A stretch of DNA of 64,000 nt from the NCBI RefSeq assembly GCF_006345805.1, contig NC_043010.1:46004001-46068000 (forward strand), written 5' to 3'. The translations under genes and the position numbers were made by a program. Of this stretch, positions 57,147 to 64,000 are shown piece by piece. Position 1 is the stretch's first letter, and each line of letters opens with the position of its first letter. The DNA is from Octopus sinensis. Lineage: Eukaryota. A model generated the notes under the pieces. It was not told where the DNA came from, did no database searches, and saw nothing but the letters and a program-made list of their open reading frames with translations.

Positions 57147-57210
57147 GACGACGATGATGATGATGATGATGATGACGATGACGACAGCGACGACGACGAT
57201 GATGATGATG
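56570..57210 (+). mobile_element. RTE 3' UTR with ~29-bp tandem repeats and expanded (GAT)n tail
   Basis: Repeated gcacccatgctggtgacac units; ggcattaggaagggcatccagctg; cccatgccagcatggaaa; long GAT tail. Confidence 0.8.
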
Positions 57211-57592
57211 CATAATTCAGTACAACTTTAGTGCGTCCTAATCAGGGGCATAGCCGGATTCTAAAGTTAGTGACAGTGAGTACATAAAGATAAGACACTG
57301 TAACACATACCAAACAAATTTAAACTCATTACTAATACATTTTATAGAAATCCACCAGTTTTGAAAAATTTGCTAGGTATGAACAGTTGCTCCCCTTGCT
57401 CCCCCATTAGCTATGGCATTGGCCCTATTTTTTTGGCAATATCCTTAACACACTGTCCTCTGTATGTTAGCAACCAGCTGGTTGTTGCTTGTTACAATGC
57501 TCTCTCCTAAGCAGATGATATTATATGCTAGTTCTCTTTAACCTGCAGCACATTTCTTCTCCATGTGCAACTTCATCACCTCATGTCAAACA

Positions 57593-57979
57593 TAATCTAG
57601 TTTCATTCAAAACCACAAATTCACAGTTCAAATTAAGGATAATCATCTTGTACCTCACAATGTAGGTTGTCACTTGGACAACCTACATTTAAAATCTTCA
57701 ATTGCTCCAATTGTTAGGCTACCTTAATCTTTGATAATCTTTCATGGTGATCCCACATTACATGACATAGCTAAAACATGCACCCAAAAGACAAGCCCTC
57801 CTCTTCAGGACTGGTAAATGCTTCAGATTCAATCAGTTAAATAAAGCACGGGTGCTTTTCAATCAGACCCTCAATTAAATTCAATAAGATGGTTTCCTCC
57901 CATCCAATAGACAGGAATGGGGAGATGTGAGTGGACTCAGAGACAGTGCATTTACAAGTGTAAGAGGATCAAATTATAA
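57593..57979 (+). pseudogene. Parvoviral capsid C-terminal segment, displaced upstream of the VP start
   Basis: A single frame with stops reads APIVRLP*SLIIFHGDPTL..PPLQ..K*STG..NSIRWFPPIQ*TG; compare AAV2 [42 protein letters not shown]. Two stops fall at conserved Tyr positions. Confidence 0.7.
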
Positions 57980-58088
57980 TGTTATATAAGGATCAGCATC
58001 AGTGATTTTGTCAATTGCAAACCATTGGTATATGATGTCATAGTCATGTGGATATGTCATGTGGTAGGTCAGATCAAGTGGGGTAATC

Positions 58089-58122
58089 TATATAAGGAGG
58101 TAAAACAGAAATAGTCCTCAGT
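58089..58122 (+). promoter_or_regulatory. VP promoter: TATA box and Inr
   Basis: TATATAA at 58089; TCAGT with its A at 58120 (31 nt later); ATG at 58130. Confidence 0.7.
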
Positions 58123-58129
58123 CAGAAAG

Positions 58130-59890
58130 ATGCCACCACCAAGTAAATGTCACATCAAATATGAGGCTGATTTCGAGCAACCAATAAAGAGGAAGGAAAG
58201 GATACCCCATACCAGGTTGTGATTTCTTAGGACCAGGAACTGATATTGAAAGAAAGAAATTTTGGGTACCAAAAAGCGCACTCAATGTTGCTACAAAGGA
58301 TCTGGAGTCTGCAAATAAAGACATCAATACTTTGGACACAGACAAGATATTTACTGATCACCTAATATACATTGGTCCTACTGGATTCTTATCTGCTGGA
58401 GCAATTGTTGGTAAACATATCTTGGATCTGATATCTACTTCAGACCACCAGAGGCTAACACTAATATCAATCCTTCTACTTCTGGCCATCTTTGTAATAA
58501 TATGGCTTTGGATGAAAACATGTGACACTATGAGCAGAGGTACAGGATCAAATGGATGGGAAGGCATGCAAATTGGTCCAACTGTACCAGGCCCTTCAAA
58601 CTCATTCAAACAAGCTTGCACATTCAGTAGAACATTCAGAATTCTAAAATTGGCTGACATGAACATTGCAGAAAACAAATTCAAACTCTTCCAAGACAAA
58701 GGTGTTAAAATAGCAGTAGTCAAAAAGTTTGCATATAGCATGGCAAATTCTATGGACTTCAACACATCATATTTCTTAATGCCATGGATTCAGTCTATTC
58801 AATACAAGGCAACTCTGAAGACAACAGTTTCGTACAGAATAGTAAGCATCATTTGCAAAATCAACAACATTACAGCAGAAGAATGGACAATCAAAAACAA
58901 TGACAAAGTCTTCATACCAAATCCAATGCCATATTTTAAAATATTCATAGACAAAGGACAATATACAATATCTCACATATCAAATTTGGGAGTCTCGCAA
59001 ATTCAACTGAGCTGCTACTCTGAATGTAAGATGCCAATGTGTTCATACTTCTACACATGCTCAAATACTACGTTGAAAGCATTTGGAGAAGAACCAAGGA
59101 AAGAAGGAAAAAATACCATGAAAGCCAATATATTACATGACTGGCAAGAAATGAAATCAATTAAACTCAGACAAAGAAATACAATTTACAAGTACACAGT
59201 ACAATGCTGAAATGAGAATTCTACTTCAACAAACAGAAAAAGAAGAATCCTTATATGACATGGGATGGTTGTTTCAGCTCCAACTTCCAGTGATGAATGG
59301 AAAGATGACTCTGTTAATACTGGTGAAATTTGAAAAAGAAAAATGGAAAAAATTAATGATGAGGACCTGAATTACACAGAAGTTAATTCTGTCACTTTCA
59401 ACTACCAACCACAGACAAAACATTAAAAAAAGGCAAGATAAATGCTAGTATTCACACAGTGGCAAACAGGACATGCATTAACCACACCTTATACTCTTAA
59501 GAAGACCTGCCTGAAATGATCCTCATCAACTTTCTGCTCATGACACCTAATGTAACTTTGACTATAATTTACTTTAACATTGATGTTACTTACACTCTTG
59601 CCATAGAGGCACAGCATGTTGCCATCAACCAGCCACAGAACATGCATTAGCCACTTTGATAGAACTACTTCTGATGCTTTAACTTTCCCAGGATTCTTCC
59701 ATGACCATCTAGCTGTCATTCAATCAGGCAGACACTTAAACAGAGAAATACTTGATATGGTTCTTCAAGGAAGAGCCATATTGGTCAATAACACAAATCC
59801 CCGTCTACATCTGAGCAGATACAATGGCAGATTCCTAAATAAACTGACATCATGCAAAATTTTGGGCTGATGCAATCAAGAAGTTAGCTA
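58130..59890 (+). pseudogene. VP1: Parvoviral VP1/VP capsid gene with decayed PLA2 (overall extent)
   Basis: ATG 58130 (MPPP) is out of frame with the PLA2 frame; stops and frameshifts occur after 59210. The 3' end is approximate. Confidence 0.85.
58188..59210 (+). CDS. VP1: Open stretch (340 codons, stop to stop) of parvoviral VP1: PLA2 remnant and capsid N-terminal half
   Basis: GYPIPGCDFLGPGTD..NVATKDLES..DKIFTDHL (PLA2-like); MSRGTGSNG; FLMPW; SYRIVSIICKINNITAEEWT..FKIFID (AAV RPKRLNFKLFNIQVKEVT..VQVFTD); SIKLRQRNTIYKYT (AAV SQMLRTGNNFTFSYT). The track ORF 58332 starts at an internal TTG. Confidence 0.88.
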   Translation, partial: RGRKGYPIPGCDFLGPGTDIERKKFWVPKSALNVATKDLESANKDINTLDTDKIFTDHLIYIGPTGFLSAGAIVGKHILDLISTSDHQRLTLISILLLLAIFVIIWLWMKTCDTMSRGTGSNGWEGMQIGPTVPGPSNSFKQACTFSRTFRILKLADMNIAENKFKLFQDKGVKIAVVKKFAYSMANSMDFNTSYFLMPWIQSIQYKATLKTTVSYRIVSIICKINNITAEEWTIKNNDKVFIPNPMPYFKIFIDKGQYTISHISNLGVSQIQLSCYSECKMPMCSYFYTCSNTTLKAFGEEPRKEGKNTMKANILHDWQEMKSIKLRQRNTIYKYTVQC

Positions 59891-59909
59891 ATGGAATCGA
59901 AAATTTTAT

Positions 59910-59945
59910 TATAAAAATTGATACAACAGTCAACTGCCACCAGTC
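59910..59945 (+). promoter_or_regulatory. Candidate NS promoter: TATA and Inr-like
   Basis: TATAAAAA at 59910; CCAGT with its A at 59942; ATG at 59957 in GTGATGG context. Could alternatively be VP coding sequence. Confidence 0.45.
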
Positions 59946-59956
59946 AGCTGCCAGTG

Positions 59957-61590
59957 ATGGAAGAGGACAGATGCATGAGAAGTGAATTTAACACTGCCTT
60001 CAAAGAAAACAGCAACAACAACATCACAGCTTACACTTGGAGTTCAAGCTTTGATACAAATGACAAGTAGGTTTGTGTGTCAAAAGAATATCTCAACTCA
60101 CCAGACAAAATCTTAAACTGCAGACATAGAGACACACACAAATACTTGCTGAGAAATCTTTGCTAAAATTCTTCCGCCTTAATATTTCATTAATGAGGAT
60201 CAAGCAAGATAAACATTGTGATGATATTCCTCACTTTCACATCATCACCTGCTACACTATGTGCCTGAGTAACAACTGCAGCTCCATCAAACTCAAGACT
60301 TAGTTGAAAAACAGACCTAACAAATGCTATGATATTGTCACTTTCAACCCAGAATTAAATACTGAATTCAAGTCTTATAAAAGATGGGTGATTGCACAGA
60401 ACAACATCACAACAGCTGCTCAGAAAATGTTCTTGAGCTATTTAACAGACATGAAGTACAAATAGCAGCAAGAGCCTGCAGAAAGAAATAACCATAAAGC
60501 AACATGATGCTGTTCGTGGTCAGCAGTTCAACTTTATAAAACAATAATGAACAAGTGCTGAAGACATACACGAATGATACCCTTCAGAAAACATGGGAAC
60601 ATATATACAAATCAGCAAACAATCTAATCAACATCATTCAACAAGCATTCATCAACATTCACAGAGATGAGAATAATGACAACATTCAAGCAAATATAAG
60701 AAGAAAAAAGAAAAGTTTGTGTTGATGACAAACACTTACTTGGATGTATAGACATCTCTCAACATCTTGGACAAATGGTTCAAATATTTCCCATTAAATA
60801 AATTCTCACATGGTACATTTGAGATTTGCCTAAAATACCTCCCATGGAAAACAGACTACATATCAAAGGACCCAGCAACCATGGAAATAGTTACATTTTA
60901 AGAAGCATCAAGAATGGCCTCATGAATTGTAGGAGAATTCAATAGCAGGCTACAGATAACTTTACTTTTGGCAGCCGTGCCACTAAAGTCTTCATTATCA
61001 CAGAAAAGATGTGGTTTACTAGCAACAATATAGAAGAGGCAAAATGCATTCTCAAAGGACCACCCATGCCTGAATACATTGGCGTATTTCGTCTCCTGTT
61101 ATATTCTGAGTTCAAATTCCACTGAGGTTGACTTTGCCTTTCATCCTTTCGGGGTCGATAAATTAAGTACCAGTTACACACTGGAGTCGTAATCGACTTA
61201 ATACCTTTGTCTGTCCTTGTTTGCCCCTCTGTGTTTAGCCCCTTGTGGGCAATAAAGAAATAAAAAAAAACATCAAGCACCTTTAACATAAGACATATTT
61301 GTCCACTCATTTCAGAGAACCATGGGACACAATCATTCATGTAAAAGCACAATCATGAACAGAATGCATTATGACAAAATGATTAGATCAATGTTAAGCC
61401 TTCAAGAATGGGTTAAAGTTAGAGTTGAACTAACTAATGTGGATAAAAGTATGGAGAGAGCACATCATCAAGTATGAAGAAAACAAATTCTCTGAAATTT
61501 ACATGACTGGCAAGAAATCAAAACTATCCAAGTGACTTATTCAACATGAATCCAGCTTTGGTTCACTCTAGAAGAAAATCAAATATGCAT
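59957..61590 (+). pseudogene. NS1: Parvoviral NS1/Rep pseudogene (HUH nickase and SF3 helicase), split by a SINE
   Basis: IPHFHII (HUH, 60232-60240); SYLTDMK (motif III-like, Tyr 60439); SLNILDKWFKY; NRLHIKGPSNHGNS (Walker A, 60868-60891, K to N); FIITEK (Walker B, ~60991-61008); EAKCILKG (B'); after the SINE IKH..EPW and IMNRMHY. Many stops and frameshifts; may extend to ~62105. Confidence 0.92.
61082..61270 (+). mobile_element. 5'-truncated OK-like SINE inserted in the NS1 helicase
   Basis: Family body gtatttcgtc..ccccttgtgggcaataaagaaata with A tail; NS1 frame GPPMPEY-IKH rejoins across it. Confidence 0.9.
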
Positions 61591-61591
61591 G

Positions 61592-61871
61592 CGTGGCTGT
61601 GTGGTAAGAAGCTTGCTTCCCAACCACATTGTTCTGGGTTCAGTGCCACTGCATGACACCTTTGACGAGTGTCTTCCACCATAGACAACCGATGTTGGTG
61701 TATTTACATCCCCATAACTTAGCGGCTCAGCAAAAGTAATTAATAGAATAAGTACCAGACTTTAAAAAATAAGTACTGGGGTTGATTCATTCGACTAAAA
61801 TTTACTAAGGTGGTGCCCCAGCATGGCCACAATCTAATGACTGAAACAAGTAAAAGATAAAGGATAAAAGA
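61592..61871 (+). mobile_element. Internally deleted OR1-like SINE at or in the NS1 3' region
   Basis: Head gtggctgtgtggtaagaagc joined directly to the 3' half; gactgaaacaagtaaaagataaaag tail. Confidence 0.9.
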
Positions 61872-63214
61872 TCCAATCCAGACCAGCCTGAATATTACAT
61901 GGTATGGCATCCGATGCATGTGATTTTAATGATACAATAATCATACATGAAACACTTCCAGGTGCTTCTTCTCCTCCTTGCATGCACAATAACTTTGCAT
62001 GATATTGATTGGGAAGCCAAACTAGAACCAGTTCCTACATTGCCATCCAAATGACAATTACAGAAAAACTCTTTTCCTCAATATGCAACAATGCATGATA
62101 CATCCTTTTTTTTTTTTTTTTTTTCCATAAATTTAACTTCTTAGAAATGGCCACTTACTACAAAGGCAGCTACAATGACTATTACATTACAAATTCTTAT
62201 TTGGAATGTTTTGTTTAAATTATCAATAATGACGATACTTGTCTACAACATTAACTAAAAAAAAATAGGACTTGATATTGTCTCATTGTTTTTATTCACA
62301 TGCACATGTGCACCTGAAAGAATCACATCTAATACTATTATAAGAATGTCATATCTTTGATATATGATATTCTTAATAATTTATTATCTTTATTATATGT
62401 ACATAGATATCAATTTCACTGATACTTTTCCAAGAAATGGGTAACTCTGCCACCAGTGATTATTAATAAAAAAGAAAAAATATATATAACAAAAGTAATC
62501 TTATTTTAAAAACAAAGACAAAATCAAAATATAAGAAGAAACTGAAAACGAATTTTTCCAAGTATTAAATGTAGCATGTCAAAAGAAATAAAATAAAATG
62601 TTATATTTCTCTCAACACACTTCATCCAATATTTGTTAAAAGTTCTTTTCAGTTTCTTGCCGCCTTGATTGGCTTCTGTGCTGGTGGCAAGTAAAAAGCA
62701 GGTGAGGAAAGGTATTTCCACTATATGAATTGTCTCTTTGTCTCTGGTTCTATGGCTTAGGAAATATTCAAGGAAACCAACTGGATCTGCCTCAAATATT
62801 GTCAGATTTTCCCATGATGTGTTCAACCTGGTCTGTTTTTGCTTAGGTATGAGATGTACCACCCACTGAGCAGCAACCTTCGTGGAGGCGCAATGGCTCA
62901 ATGGTTAGGGCAGCAGATTCTATTTATTGAGCGAAAACACCTAAAGTTCCACGAGGCTCTGGCAGGGGGTGGTGGTGACCCCTGTTGTACTTTTTCGCTC
63001 CAACTTTCTCTCACTCTTTCTTCCTGTTTCTTGTCCCCGACTTCTTACACAACCACTGAACCTGGATGCGCATTCATCCATCTGTCGATGTTCTTGGTGT
63101 CAGAGGTTGACCTGCTTTCTCTTCTGCAGGTCTTACAAATAGCAAAGGACCACGTTTCAGACTTCTCCCATCTTGCGAGCTCTGGGACGAAGACCGTTCG
63201 CTCAACAGCAACAG

Positions 63215-63733
63215 CAGCAACCTTCATCATATCAAGTTCGTTGTGCAGAATATTCTCAACTCTCACACAGCATATGCTAATAACATTAGCTATTTGATTT
63301 ATGGTCAATTACTTGTCATACATCAGCATGTGGTGCACATGATTGATGTCTTCATTGGTGGTGACAGTTGCAAGACATCCAGATCTTAGGTCATCTTCAA
63401 AACTCTCCCTTCCTCTCCTCAATTCAGCTGCCCACTTTTGCACTGATGATAAAGCTGGTACATCATCTCCTAATATAGCAACCATGTCAGCGTGAATGTT
63501 GTTGGGAACCAAATCTTCTTTCTGTAGGCATTTGATAACCTCACAATGCTAAATGTTGTCCATTTCCAAGAGAAATCACAACTAGATACTTTTGAAATCT
63601 TCTTTGAACAGCCAGATGTCAGTGTATGTGGAAAGACTCAATGAAAGAAGATTTGAAGTTAATGCATGCAAGATTTCATAGTTCTAGCATCACTCCTTCA
63701 TAGTCAGCTCATGAACTTTTCAGCCCACTCTCA
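63215..63733 (-). mobile_element. Mariner 5' fragment (left TIR and HTH region)
   Basis: IHADMVAILGDDVPALSSVQKWAAELRRGRESFEDDLRSG.. then TINQIANVISI..VENILHNEL; TIR-like TA|TGAGAGTGGGCTGAAAAGTTCAT. Confidence 0.85.
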
Positions 63734-64000
63734 TAGATAGCTTTGAGAATTTAATGAAAAGAAAATGGAAGAAAGAAGTTGATGCTTTAAAATCTGCAGA
63801 GAATTTATTCATTGATAAAAGGGTTTATGTTAGATGCAACGGTCTGACTAAAAACAACAAGGAAAGAAAGGAACGTTCTTTTCATAGAGTGATGTTTAGA
63901 CAGAGAATAACAGTTAAGTTCAGTTCATAATGTGAGTATATATATCTGTGTTGCTCCACAAAGAAATTAAAAGAGAGGATGAGAGAGAGAGGTGGGGAAT

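Larger units (their letters stand above)
57593..62105 (+). other. Endogenous parvoviral element, near complete (VP and NS1), rearranged and decayed
   Basis: PLA2 loop, capsid jelly-roll motifs, HUH motifs II/III and SF3 Walker A/B/B' all on the + strand within ~4.5 kb. Outer boundaries are approximate. Confidence 0.93.

Noticed and set aside
58188-58420. PLA2 domain as evidence of a Polinton/adintovirus
   Set aside because: No integrase, pPolB or packaging ATPase nearby; neighbours are a parvoviral capsid and HUH-SF3 NS1.
58452-58514. Apparent transmembrane helix (RLTLISILLLLAIFVIIWLWM) suggesting a viral glycoprotein or host membrane protein
   Set aside because: The alternative frame reads PEANTNINPSTSGHLCNNMALDENM, typical of a low-complexity VP1u/VP2 start. 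The hydrophobic run is probably a product of compensating frameshifts, and flanking motifs are capsid-like.
58358-58765. 135-aa minus-strand ORF
   Set aside because: Antisense shadow of the VP frame; no recognisable motif.
61495-61525. Second capsid copy, because LHDWQE repeats the phrase at ~59133
   Set aside because: Only ~20 nt of similarity, lying within the NS1 3' region; chance cannot be excluded.
63030-63215. GC-richer segment read in frame with the mariner ORF 63045-63308
   Set aside because: Mariner similarity ends near MMKVAA; the remainder is unassigned and probably another repeat, not a fusion gene.

Overview
Repeat-saturated, AT-rich animal DNA. The SINE families look like those of an octopod cephalopod (inference from tRNA-derived OR/OK-type SINEs). 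I could not identify an intact host gene. Most ORFs in the track are microsatellite translations. The window holds many SINEs, RTE, CR1 and Penelope fragments, a full-length decayed mariner, several mariner, maT and hAT remnants, a non-autonomous Helitron and a solo LTR. The main discovery is a ~4.5 kb, near-complete endogenous parvovirus at ~57.6-62.1 kb on the + strand. It has a decayed PLA2-bearing VP1/VP capsid gene with a 340-codon open stretch, and a decayed NS1 with HUH nickase and SF3 helicase motifs split by a SINE. Each gene sits behind a TATA+Inr-like promoter. The order is scrambled: VP C-terminus, then VP N-terminal body, then NS1. An 87-bp copy of the VP promoter and start lies 4.8 kb upstream. 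Several Penelope-type minimal hammerhead ribozyme motifs are also visible, one with a compensatory G3-C8 core. All protein assignments are by-eye translations compared with remembered motifs; no database search was run.
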